Origin: Devosia sp.
Lineage (GTDB): Bacteria; Pseudomonadota; Alphaproteobacteria; Rhizobiales; Devosiaceae
Direction: 5' to 3'
Assembly: GCF_028290625.1 (NCBI RefSeq)
Contig: NZ_JAQGJM010000021.1
Span: 253 to 64,252 of the forward strand
Length of the DNA stretch: 64,000 nt
In this document: in pieces, positions 28,109 to 37,605 of the stretch
How positions within the stretch are numbered: position 1 is the first letter of the stretch
Layout of the letters: every line of letters starts with the position of its first letter
Translations under genes and position numbers: made by a program
The notes under the pieces: generated by a model
The model's input: only the letters and a program-made list of their open reading frames with translations
Told to the model about the DNA's origin: nothing
Databases searched by the model: none

Positions 28109-30946
28109 TCAACCGAACTCGTTTGGTCCTTTGATGATTAGTGTCCTGCGCTTTGCATGCACTCGCAGTTTCAGGCGAGAGAGCATCTCGAGAACAACAT
28201 CCACTGCGCGGTACGAAAAGAGGGGTGCGTCCGTTTTTTGATTATCGGACACGAGATCGGTGATCACACTGACGACGGCAATAGGCAATTCCTTGGAGAT
28301 TGCATTGGCCGCCTGAATAGCACCGGCTGCTCCTACGTCGAGAGCCGCCACGTTTCTGGCAACAGAGCTGATGACACTCGCGTCCACATATCCAAGCGCG
28401 GAACTGACTGATGCGAGCGATCCCACATGAAGGCGCCCGAAACGACCATCAATGGCCATGTCATGCCCCAGGCGCTGCAGGAGGAGCGGCGTCACAAGGA
28501 CTTGCGGCCGAATGTGATTGAGCTCATTTGACATGAACGTTGGTTCGAAGATTAGCACTTCCGACGAAATGACGACGTCGCCGATGCTCTGATTGGGCCT
28601 AAGTCCGCCACAGCGGCTTACGATGAAAACCCCGTCCGGGCGATTGTCGATCAGCATTGAGGTCATCGCAATCGCGGCGGCAACGCTGTTGGCTTCGCGA
28701 AGGATAGTGCACGTAACTCTAACTCCGTCGCGCGTTACGCCTCGGAAGTAGAGACGGCCGGACCGCGAGAACCGGCTGACGCGCAACAACCTCTCGAAGA
28801 ACGCGCTCGCCGCTTCATCGCCCTCAAGCAGAATTCCGATACGTGGTTGGCTGGAAACCTCGTCTATTGTCACGGGCTGAAGATCGTGCCGTTCCAACAC
28901 CCCGTTTGCGTCGACAGCGAGTGCGCTCCTCACTCCACCGTCCCTGACCACGGTGCCGATCACGATGCCGAGGACGTTGCCTTGCTGATCGGACACGACT
29001 GCTCCAGAGCCGCCCTCCTCAACCGGTGAATCGAGCGAGACCTCGAACACGTCGCGGTACCTTCGCTTGATCATGCCGGTGGATTGGATGTCCATGGTAA
29101 TCTCGACAGCGTCGATGCTGCCCTCGATCATCTTGGTAGGCATTTCAACGAACGCCCGCGCACCAGGTTGGCGAAAACCAAGTGCGCGCGGAGAAAATGA
29201 GAGTTCCCTTTCGACCCGGAGGATCGCCCAATCCGTGCTTCCCTCATGGATGTCAAGGGTGAGTGGGATGCGCCGCCCATCAACGACCATCTCGATGCTG
29301 TCTTGGAGAATGGTTGGAAACGCATGGGCGACGGTGACCGCGAATAGCTGGCCGGTGACGTCGGCTCCGAACAGGCCAACAGTCGCACGTCGCTCGCCAT
29401 TGACAAGGAGTTCGTGTCCGCTGGTGTAGTTCGCCGAAGTCAACTTGATTTCCTCAACTTCGCGCACGACCACCTCGAACCCTTCGATTTTGTGAGGGAG
29501 GTTCGGTTTTGCTCCCTTTTCCACCGTAACGACGATTGCCTGCTTGATTCCCACCCCGATAACACCCTGCTTCGTCATGAGCGCATCCCGTTCTGCATCG
29601 AGGACGTCATGGATCGTGGGGGCTGTATCAACCGGCTGTGCCGAACCTAGTGTGGCATCGTCATTTGGCGCGGCTTGGTGGGGCGAAGCCGGTGCCGATT
29701 TAACAACGGCTCGGTTCTGGTAGGCGGTCTCGACCACCTCGATCAAGGCGTTTGCGCCTGCCTCCCAAGAGCATTTTGATTCCAAATGGCCACGCAGACG
29801 CGGGTAGAAATATGAGTCGCCTGAGCCGTCGATAAGAAGGGGCAGCGTCGCGTCTGCGAACCGTTGCGCTGCCGCGTGCGCATCTCCTGAGGTATCGACG
29901 ACGCATGACCCAAAATCTTGACCTGCCTCGGCGCCGGTTTCAAGTATGAGTTCGGCTATTCCGCTCTGCCTCGAAACGACTATCGGAGCTCCAAACGACA
30001 TCGCCTCGCACGCGACTAAGCCATATCCTTCTTCGCGCGAAGGCATTAGAAACGCAGTGGCGCCGCGCAGGTCGGCGTTCAGGTTCTGCTTATCGGTAGT
30101 GTAAGGGCGCACCACAATCTCAGGATTGCCGCCTGCCTTCTCCGCGAGACGCACGAGCGCTTCCTGAAGCTTTTCGGGCTCGCTCTCTGCTCCCCGCACG
30201 ACGAAACGAGGTTTGAGTATTCTGGATCTAGTCTGTGCGCTCGTCGTCCATTCTTTATCGATGATGCCGGCCATAAGAGCGAATATGTCGAGGCCCTTTA
30301 CGCCGACGCTTTCAGTTCGTCCAAGGCAGACTACCGTGGGCTGCTCGGGCGCTGCGTTGCGGACGGGTTGCTCAGGCGAGAGCCCGCAGTCTATGCGATG
30401 GACCTTGTTGTGGTCGAGTTGATGCGCCTTGAAAGTGTCCTTGGTAACGCGCGTGAGACGCGGTCCCACACAAAAAACCAGGTCCGCACTTTTGGCCGCT
30501 TCAAGTTCGGCTCTTTGCTTCTCCTCGCGCTCGGAAACGTACCGGTCCTTCTTGCCCTCTTTCATGCCTTCCGTGCGCATCGGGTCCATGTGGATAAATT
30601 GGACGGTATTGGCTTGTTTGAAATAGGTGTTGCGAAGCAGAAGCGCCTGCTTGCCGGAGAAAGAGCTGTGGCCGACCACGGCCAAGACCGAACTCGGATC
30701 GATCCGTCGAACATCTTCGGATAGCATCACGCTTTCCCATTTGTCGGATTCCGCACCGTGTAGCAACGTGACGTTGTTGTTGTACGCCTGCTCGACCTCG
30801 CTCTTGTCGGCGAAGCTGACGACCGCAATGCAGTTGAGGTCGGGCCTTGTCTTGGCCAACGCTAATAGCAACTCGCGATTGACCGTCTGTATGCCGCCCT
30901 TGCTGCTGTCCCAGCGATTCATGACGAAGATGATGCTTTGCTTCAT
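28109..30946 (-). CDS. Triple-fusion protein: GT4-type glycosyltransferase + trypsin-like serine protease + PNP/MTAN-like nucleosidase domain (divergent)
   Basis: Residues 1-~420 are GT-B/GT4, with FLMPSREEGYGLVACEAMSFGAPIV (E-x7-E). Residues ~450-690 carry an S1 triad: AVTVAHAF (His), STDWAILRV (Asp), EEGGSGAVVSDQQGNVLGIVIG (Ser). Residues ~700-945 align by eye to E. coli MTAN: SVAAAIAMTSMLIDNRPDGVFIVSRCGGLRPNQSIGDVVIS and NVAALDVGAAGAIQAA..AVVSVITDLVSD. The VEME acidic motif is replaced by LDVG. Confidence 0.8.
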   Translation of the reverse strand: MKQSIIFVMNRWDSSKGGIQTVNRELLLALAKTRPDLNCIAVVSFADKSEVEQAYNNNVTLLHGAESDKWESVMLSEDVRRIDPSSVLAVVGHSSFSGKQALLLRNTYFKQANTVQFIHMDPMRTEGMKEGKKDRYVSEREEKQRAELEAAKSADLVFCVGPRLTRVTKDTFKAHQLDHNKVHRIDCGLSPEQPVRNAAPEQPTVVCLGRTESVGVKGLDIFALMAGIIDKEWTTSAQTRSRILKPRFVVRGAESEPEKLQEALVRLAEKAGGNPEIVVRPYTTDKQNLNADLRGATAFLMPSREEGYGLVACEAMSFGAPIVVSRQSGIAELILETGAEAGQDFGSCVVDTSGDAHAAAQRFADATLPLLIDGSGDSYFYPRLRGHLESKCSWEAGANALIEVVETAYQNRAVVKSAPASPHQAAPNDDATLGSAQPVDTAPTIHDVLDAERDALMTKQGVIGVGIKQAIVVTVEKGAKPNLPHKIEGFEVVVREVEEIKLTSANYTSGHELLVNGERRATVGLFGADVTGQLFAVTVAHAFPTILQDSIEMVVDGRRIPLTLDIHEGSTDWAILRVERELSFSPRALGFRQPGARAFVEMPTKMIEGSIDAVEITMDIQSTGMIKRRYRDVFEVSLDSPVEEGGSGAVVSDQQGNVLGIVIGTVVRDGGVRSALAVDANGVLERHDLQPVTIDEVSSQPRIGILLEGDEAASAFFERLLRVSRFSRSGRLYFRGVTRDGVRVTCTILREANSVAAAIAMTSMLIDNRPDGVFIVSRCGGLRPNQSIGDVVISSEVLIFEPTFMSNELNHIRPQVLVTPLLLQRLGHDMAIDGRFGRLHVGSLASVSSALGYVDASVISSVARNVAALDVGAAGAIQAANAISKELPIAVVSVITDLVSDNQKTDAPLFSYRAVDVVLEMLSRLKLRVHAKRRTLIIKGPNEFG

Positions 30947-31314
30947 GCTTACCGCTGCGCCCCCAAGATGCTCGGCGTTTCCCTGTTAACGCGTCCCCCC
31001 CGCTTTGTCCGTCTAAAAGTGCTGGATTGGCCGTATTTGGGTACAATCGAGGTGAGGCAGTTCTGCTACGATTTGCCGAACCGCTCGCAAATACATGCCC
31101 AAACCGCTTTGTCGCCTATGTATATAGGGCGCGTCGCAAGGGCCGCATGTTCCTCGACGATATTCGTATCGTTGTCGGCTCATGAGTGGAGGTGATTGAG
31201 AGTGCTAGTCAACATTTCTAAGCCCGACACAGCTGCTACATAGAAGGCAAAAATGCATTTGCGTCTCGAGCCGAGCTCTGGAAGAACAAATCCAGTCCGT
31301 TCGCAGAGAAAAAC

Positions 31315-34300
31315 ATGACCGAGTCGAAGTATTTTGACATTGTGGTTGTCGTGCCGCTTGAAGAGGAACTGCTTGAGGTCATCGAGCAGTTTCCGAGCAT
31401 TGAAGACCGAAGCTCCACCACGACGTGGTGTCATGTAGTCGATTCCGGGAAGCCTGGCATATCGATGCTCATCGTCCAGCAGCAGACGATGGGCAAAACC
31501 GCCGCTATAAATGCTGCGAATTTCGTTCTTTCAAAGTACGAAGCCGGCCTTATGGTCTGCCTAGGCATTGCTGGAAGTTTGAGCGGCGACGCCCGCCTGG
31601 CCAGCGTGTGCTATTCTGGCAGCATCATCGACGTCCTGGACAATGCGAAATTCGTCGACACCGACGACGGCGCCGCCGACACCGAACTTTCCCCGACCAA
31701 TTACGACACGCCGGACGAATTCACGCAGGCGTTCAATTATATCCGCACACAACCGGCCCTGTTCAAGTTTCACCAGGACTGGCAAGAACAGCGCGCTTTG
31801 GTCGCAAAAGAACTGGTTCCGCATGAAGTGCCCGCTCCTGGTGGTGGTACGGAACAAATTGGCAAGCCAACGTCCAAGGGCGGCGTGATCGTGTGCGGCT
31901 CGGTCAGTAAGAGCCACGTGTATAATGCCAAATTGCGAAAAATCGATCGCGCTTTGCTTGCGGTTGAAACGGAGTCCGGAGGGGTGTTCTCGCAAGCCCA
32001 TTTCCATGGCAGCGTTCCTGCTATCGCAGTGCGCGGCATTTCCGACTACGCCGACAAAGACAAAGGCCGGCTCGAGGATGCCAGCAAAGGTGGCGTGCGC
32101 CGGCTGGCTGCATCCAACGCGGCTTCGTTTCTTAAGCTCCAGATCGTCTGCAACACCTATTTTCATGCTGCGCTCGAAAGGCGCCGCACGGGCAGGCAAC
32201 AAGCTTTAGTCCTGGATAACCGGCCGGTAGTAGTTCAACCGCTCAGCGAACTGATGCTCGGGTTAGGTATTGCTGTGGATGCCGCACTGCGAAAACTCTC
32301 ACCCGAATACAAACTTCAGCCACAAGGCTATCATCTTCCTCTGCCGCGCATCCGTCGCCCAAACGCAACCAATGCGATCGGGACCAAGAGCGATAGCTCA
32401 CCCACCGATGTTCTCGACGCGCTGCAGGTTCAGGAAAAAATCCTCGTGAGCCTACCGCGCACATATCCGGACCACAGCCTCGCCTGGGTCATGGCCGACG
32501 ACTTGCTCACGCAGGAAATTGACGGACGACAGCCGGTACCGGTCGTGATTAACGGCGACGACATCCGGGGAAAGCGGTTCGGCTTTAACGACGTCGTCGA
32601 TATCGACCTGAACGCAATCGAGGCCATGGACGGCACTCAACTAGTTCTTATCGTTGATAACATTCCATTTGCTTCAAAGCACAGAATGGAACAGATCGTC
32701 GCCGAGATCGAGCGCTACAGCAGTGCAAAATTCATTTTTGTGACGAGGGCGGGAGACGCCGGCCTCCTCGATGAGTCAGACTTTCTAACACAGTCGGGCG
32801 CAGAGCACTTCCAGATCTGCGCTGTGTCTTTTTTCGAAATCGCGCATTTTATCCAGAAGAATTTTGGGATGACGGGCGCTGAAGCGGAGGTTGTCGCACT
32901 TCGACTTCGCGATACGTTTGAACGGTTTGATCTCGATGCTCATCCCACATACTTTGCTGGCATCCCGAAGGAAACCCTGACCGCGCTACTGCAGGCGAAC
33001 CGCCGGTCCGAACTCATTCAGCTAGCGGTCGATGGCTTCCTGACCTTCATAGTGGCTGGCGATCGCGCAGACGTCTCGCTCAGTCGGTCCACCAGGGCGC
33101 GTTTTCTGCGAAAACTTGTGGTGGAAATCAACGTCGAAAAGCGAGCCTTTGAAGAAGCCGATCTGGTTGCTTTCACGCGTGAGTTTGCAGAACTGCACGA
33201 TTTCGACATCGACCCACTGGCGTTTATCAATGGGTTCGTTGACCAAGGCATCATGCATTTTGAAGGCGGCAGGGCCCGTGTCTCGTTGCCGTTTGTGGAA
33301 TCGTATTTGCTTGCTTCGGAGTTGCACGCATCGTCAGACCTCGCACTGCGCTATTTTGATCCTGGCGACGATAACTTCGATACTGTCACTTTCGACCTTT
33401 ATGCAGAAATCGGTGCGTCGGCCGATCTCGTGCAGAGGATCGAAGCTGGACTCGAGCAGTGCATGATCGCCCTCAAGGAAAAGAACCCGGGCAAGCATAT
33501 ACTTCTCACTGACAGCATTTCCCCGGCAAATCTGCAAAAACCCGAACGAGCAGGAGCTTTGCGCAAGCGACTGCAAAAGGCTGCTGACGCAGTGCGGGAC
33601 GGAAAGGACGAGAGCCAGGAAAAGCAGCGCATGCTTGATCTGAGCGAAAAGATCCGGGAGGCCTCCGGCCGGCAGCAAAAAAGCCAGGATGGTGAAAGCG
33701 ATAAAGCTGGCGATATGGACAGAACGTTTGTGCCGCTCAACGATGCCGCGCGTCACTGGGTTATCGCCACTTTGCTCCTCGGTTCCGGCGCGGAGCACTT
33801 GAACGCCAGAACAAAACGCGCGCTAAGCACGTCGATTATCAGCAGCGCCGCTTTGATCATTGATGAATGGTGTCGCCAGCAGCAAAAAATCGACTTTGCT
33901 GCGATCAAGCGGAAAATGACCACTGACGAAGCCTTGGCTGACCTGCCTGGCGGGGAGGACATTGAAGAAAAGCGCAAGTTCATCGACGGGGGCGTCGATA
34001 TTCTGGAGTACACCGCGCTTGCCGAGCCGTTGCGACGCGTTTTGGGCTTCCTTTGCGAGCAAGCTAGACACCGCGTTCTCGCACCAAGCGTTGAGGCTGC
34101 CACAGTCGACGGCGCCATCGAAAAGATAATCCACGGCACCTGGCTAGCCGATATCGACACGGCCCGCGGCAAGGACAAACTCCGTCAGGCAATCATCGAT
34201 CTGCCGACAGCACAATTCTTTCGGGTTATCCTCGCCTCCCATTACCTGGCTCGGGTCTATTGGAATCACTGGCGTAAAGAGGATCGATTGCACCTGCTGA

Positions 34301-34431
34301 ACTCCGCTGAGGAGGTGATCAAGCCGCTTGAACTCAAGATCAACAAATCCGAGCTCAAACGGATGATCGAGACCGAAGCGGAAAAGGCGGCCAAAGAAAA
34401 AAGGCTGGAGACCGAAATCCGCAAAGGGTGA
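31315..34431 (+). CDS. PNP/MTAN-like nucleosidase fused to a STAND-like NTPase module with a degenerate P-loop and a long helical C-terminal region
   Basis: The N-terminal ~270 aa align to MTAN: DIVVVVPLEEELLEV, MGKTAAINAANFVLSKYEAGLMVCLGIAGSL, LLAVETESGGVF and AVRGISDYADKD, so the canonical acidic motifs are retained. The middle has STAND-like landmarks KILVSLPRTYPDHSL (no GK[ST]), QLVLIVDNIPF (Walker B-like), KFIFVTRAGD and ICAVSFFEIAHFIQKNFG. Confidence 0.75.
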   Translation: MTESKYFDIVVVVPLEEELLEVIEQFPSIEDRSSTTTWCHVVDSGKPGISMLIVQQQTMGKTAAINAANFVLSKYEAGLMVCLGIAGSLSGDARLASVCYSGSIIDVLDNAKFVDTDDGAADTELSPTNYDTPDEFTQAFNYIRTQPALFKFHQDWQEQRALVAKELVPHEVPAPGGGTEQIGKPTSKGGVIVCGSVSKSHVYNAKLRKIDRALLAVETESGGVFSQAHFHGSVPAIAVRGISDYADKDKGRLEDASKGGVRRLAASNAASFLKLQIVCNTYFHAALERRRTGRQQALVLDNRPVVVQPLSELMLGLGIAVDAALRKLSPEYKLQPQGYHLPLPRIRRPNATNAIGTKSDSSPTDVLDALQVQEKILVSLPRTYPDHSLAWVMADDLLTQEIDGRQPVPVVINGDDIRGKRFGFNDVVDIDLNAIEAMDGTQLVLIVDNIPFASKHRMEQIVAEIERYSSAKFIFVTRAGDAGLLDESDFLTQSGAEHFQICAVSFFEIAHFIQKNFGMTGAEAEVVALRLRDTFERFDLDAHPTYFAGIPKETLTALLQANRRSELIQLAVDGFLTFIVAGDRADVSLSRSTRARFLRKLVVEINVEKRAFEEADLVAFTREFAELHDFDIDPLAFINGFVDQGIMHFEGGRARVSLPFVESYLLASELHASSDLALRYFDPGDDNFDTVTFDLYAEIGASADLVQRIEAGLEQCMIALKEKNPGKHILLTDSISPANLQKPERAGALRKRLQKAADAVRDGKDESQEKQRMLDLSEKIREASGRQQKSQDGESDKAGDMDRTFVPLNDAARHWVIATLLLGSGAEHLNARTKRALSTSIISSAALIIDEWCRQQQKIDFAAIKRKMTTDEALADLPGGEDIEEKRKFIDGGVDILEYTALAEPLRRVLGFLCEQARHRVLAPSVEAATVDGAIEKIIHGTWLADIDTARGKDKLRQAIIDLPTAQFFRVILASHYLARVYWNHWRKEDRLHLLNSAEEVIKPLELKINKSELKRMIETEAEKAAKEKRLETEIRKG

Positions 34432-34566
34432 GTGTAACCCTTCCAGATTCAGAGTTTTGGCCTTCAATCCTTTTGGCTTTGAGCAAACCTTGGTTGAAGG
34501 CTCAGTCGTCCCGTCCGCAGGAGACCGAGCCTTCGTGGCTTCCCACAGACTTTAGCTGACAGCTAT

Positions 34567-34911
34567 TTAAGGTCCCTTCGGAACGCTTTTCGAGTTCAGA
34601 TACTCTTTGATTTCGCTCAGAAGGAATGAGGGATTGCTGATGTACTTTTCTAGAATTTCCTTTTTATCAGCAGCATAATCTCCATCTTTAACGGCTGTCT
34701 TCATATCGGTGATCAGCCCATTGAATTGCTCGTTCTGCATCAGTTCATCATTGAGCAAATCGTCCCTGACATCATCGTCCAGGGCCAAAGCCACATTGAT
34801 ATTGTGAACCTCACCGGTTGAGCCGTCTGCAAGCCTGATGCTTACGGACCCGTCGGAATGAATTCCTAGGGTGCCCTGGAACTTGTCGGGGTATTCGGGC
34901 TCATCGGCCAT
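34567..34911 (-). CDS. Small acidic hypothetical protein (114 aa)
   Basis: ORF in a visibly AT-richer segment, downstream of and co-oriented with the FtsH-like gene. No recognisable motif, and coding status is supported only by ORF length and context. Confidence 0.5.
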   Translation of the reverse strand: MADEPEYPDKFQGTLGIHSDGSVSIRLADGSTGEVHNINVALALDDDVRDDLLNDELMQNEQFNGLITDMKTAVKDGDYAADKKEILEKYISNPSFLLSEIKEYLNSKSVPKGP

Positions 34912-35225
34912 GGTGTGCGCTTCTTTCGTGTTTGAGGTGATGTCGAAGCGCGCTGCTCATCGCGCAAGGGGTGCCTGGGAGACCAAATGCCGATACGACA
35001 CCGCGCCAAGGCTGCTGAGCCTGCAAGGTGCAGACGGCTTCTCCATTCAATGGTCGTGTTGCGATGAATCCTTCGTTGATCGGAACGCTGGGGAAAAGTG
35101 GAACTTCCTCACCGGCCAGACATATTTTGCTCATGCTTCCAAGTTGCGCCCTTCGAGGTTGTGTCAGCGCGGCACGATGGGGATGGCCACCCCACTGCGG
35201 CCGAACCAGCCTCCTCTTCATCCAT

Positions 35226-37196
35226 TTAGTTGAGCACGCGCCGCGGCGGCTGCGGTGCTGCCAGTCCTGCTCCTCGAACCGTGGCTGCAACGATGGCTTC
35301 CATCTCCTCTCTTCGATCCAGCAAGATACCAGATGCTCGAGCAATTGCCGCGTCGAGACGACGACGCACGCTACCAACTATGGCGGCCGGGAGTATTGTC
35401 CGCAAGACGGGATCTTCGAGGTCGACCAACCCCGCCTCACCCAATCCAGATCTGGTCTCGATTTGCCGTGCCCATGCAGTAGCCAAGGCAAGATCAGAGT
35501 AATTTGAACCCACACCCAACAATGACGCGCCGCCGAACAGAATTTCTTCTGCCGCCCGGCCTGCCATCAGAACGGCGATCGCGTCATTATAGTCCTGCCC
35601 GGTTGGAACGTGGCCTGCCTCCAGCGTCCGGGAAAGGGTTCCGCTGAAATCCACGATCTCCTCCGCGGCAACATCCATCATGTCCAAGGCTTGGGCCACG
35701 ACGACTTGGCCAGCGCGATAAGTGGCAATACGACGCCGGACCTCTGGCGGCAGTTTCTCAAAAACGCCGGGGACTTGCTGGTGCAGAGCCGAAATCGAGA
35801 AGGGGCGCCCTGCCCGACGCGCGGTTGCCCTTGCCGCACGGACCAGCTTTTCGATGTCCGCTCCAGTCTTGCCTTGCAACTTTGGTGCCAGTGTCCGCAG
35901 CTCTTTCTTGGCGATGCTCGAACCTGCATAGTGGGCCAAGATCGCGGTGATCTCGTCGGAGCTTGGAAGCTTCATGATAATAGTATGGTCGAGCCGGCCA
36001 GACCGCGTGAGGGCAGGATCGATCCGCTCGACGTAGTTCGTCGCGCCAACCAGCACGAGACCTGGAGTGGTCGTTGCCTGCGTCACGAGCTCCAACATCA
36101 AATTGACGATCTGCGTCCAGTACTCAGCGTAGCGTCCAGAGATACTCTGCCGGCTTGATATGCCATCGAGCTCGTCGACGAGCAAAACGCAGGGCGCCTT
36201 CTCCATCGCCTCGTTGAACACCATCCGCATCTTTTTAAGTGTGCCCGAGAGATAGTCTTGCGTGTTCCATTCCGCGACGCTCGAGGCGATCAGGGGAACA
36301 TGCAGCGTACCCGCCAAGAGGCCGGCGAAGCTGGTCTTCCCCGTGCCAGGCGGGCCTGCCAGCAGCACGGAGCGGTGATCAACTTCCTCCCACGACAGTT
36401 GGCCACGCCGCCAGATCTCGAAGTCTTGAGCGAGCTCCAGACCCCAAACTCGTGCCTCCCCATAGCCGTGCTGGTCCTGCAATCTGGCGCGATCGACCTG
36501 CTTTACCGGCTCCTTCGGCATCAACGACTTGAGGCTGTCGACGCAGGCCTCTGGCGAGCGCCCGCGTCGGAAATGCAGGGCCAGATCACTTGCGGCCAGC
36601 TTACTTGGACTGCCCAGGTCTGAAAAGTTAGCTGGCATCCGGCCAAAAAATTCGACGAAGGCAGCTGCTAGCATGTCGCGTGTCAGTGTGGAGGCGTCGA
36701 CGATGACATCGGCGACTGTGGTGAACTGGGCAGGCGCACTCGCCTCAGGATCATAGAGCCAAACCACCGGCAGGCCACGTCTTCCGGCGTCGGCCGCCAG
36801 TCGTAGGCGCTCGTCAATTCTGGATCCGGAGCCAATGAAAATTGGGTATTTATCTTGGGCGCGCAGTTGATATTGAGGCTCAACGATAGCTCCTGAGGCC
36901 GACAGAACGACTTTGAGCACGCTGGCCATCAGCCCCGCATCCTCGGTAGTGCGAACCGTTATTGCGATGAATTGGGTGGTGGTGGCGAGCTCATTCAGGG
37001 ATTGAAAATGGGGCGCCAGGGCCAAGCCGATTAGGTGCGCGGCAAGAACGTGCTCGGCACCGTAGCCGGGCACGGAAATTGGTTCTGACAGGTCGTCGAC
37101 TTCTGACGACGGTTCGCTGGCGACGTTGGCGCGAAGCTGCTGAAGAATGAGTTCAGTAAGCGGATTTGATCCAGCGCTGGATTTAGAAGTGACCAC
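35226..37196 (-). CDS. Soluble FtsH-like AAA+ protein with an inactivated M41 peptidase domain
   Basis: Walker A LLAGPPGTGKTSF, Walker B VLLVDELDG, SRH LVGATNYVERIDPALTRSGRLD. The C-terminal region is collinear with FtsH M41 (MAGRAAEEILFG, SNYSDLALATAWARQ), but the HEAGH zinc motif reads YRAGQ (IATYRAGQVVVAQAL). No N-terminal TM helices. Confidence 0.8.
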   Translation of the reverse strand: MVTSKSSAGSNPLTELILQQLRANVASEPSSEVDDLSEPISVPGYGAEHVLAAHLIGLALAPHFQSLNELATTTQFIAITVRTTEDAGLMASVLKVVLSASGAIVEPQYQLRAQDKYPIFIGSGSRIDERLRLAADAGRRGLPVVWLYDPEASAPAQFTTVADVIVDASTLTRDMLAAAFVEFFGRMPANFSDLGSPSKLAASDLALHFRRGRSPEACVDSLKSLMPKEPVKQVDRARLQDQHGYGEARVWGLELAQDFEIWRRGQLSWEEVDHRSVLLAGPPGTGKTSFAGLLAGTLHVPLIASSVAEWNTQDYLSGTLKKMRMVFNEAMEKAPCVLLVDELDGISSRQSISGRYAEYWTQIVNLMLELVTQATTTPGLVLVGATNYVERIDPALTRSGRLDHTIIMKLPSSDEITAILAHYAGSSIAKKELRTLAPKLQGKTGADIEKLVRAARATARRAGRPFSISALHQQVPGVFEKLPPEVRRRIATYRAGQVVVAQALDMMDVAAEEIVDFSGTLSRTLEAGHVPTGQDYNDAIAVLMAGRAAEEILFGGASLLGVGSNYSDLALATAWARQIETRSGLGEAGLVDLEDPVLRTILPAAIVGSVRRRLDAAIARASGILLDRREEMEAIVAATVRGAGLAAPQPPRRVLN

Positions 37197-37318
37197 GATG
37201 TGCTCCTGACTACGGCCCTTTTGGCCGCGAGTTGTGTCAAGGAGTGCGGCTCAGGGTCACTGTCTGCAGGCGCTCCGCCGTTTCGGCATCGGCATACAAG
37301 AACGAAACAGGAACAATG

Positions 37319-37501
37319 TCAACCGAGTTTCTGGTCGAGCGATTTGGCTATGATTTCTTCGACGAGCTCGTAAGCATGGCGGCCCTCCTCGAGTGCTTTC
37401 ATCTTGATCGACTGAATGAGTCTAGGATCAAGGTACACAACGAATTTCTTGCGACCGTCTGGCCGTTGCACCGCGCCTGTCATTTTGCCTGGTTTCTCCA
37501 A
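37319..37501 (-). CDS. Ribbon-helix-helix (CopG/Arc/ParG-like) DNA-binding protein
   Basis: KKFVVYLDPRLIQSIKMKALEEGRHAYELVEEIIAKSL shows a beta-strand/helix/helix pattern. Palindromic operators lie upstream at 37606-37641. Confidence 0.7.
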   Translation of the reverse strand: MEKPGKMTGAVQRPDGRKKFVVYLDPRLIQSIKMKALEEGRHAYELVEEIIAKSLDQKLG

Positions 37502-37605
37502 AATCAGAGACTCTTAGTTTTTCGCAAACCTGTATACCGCGGCGCGGTTGCCAAAATCTGCGCGCACGCGACAGAAGTGCGCGTTTCTGATCAACAAAGT
37601 GTAAA

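Noticed and set aside
34459-34501. Hairpin gccttcaa-N26-ttgaaggc between the convergent 1038-aa and 114-aa genes as a bidirectional terminator
   Set aside because: The loop is very long and there is no flanking U-tract, so it is not convincing as an intrinsic terminator.
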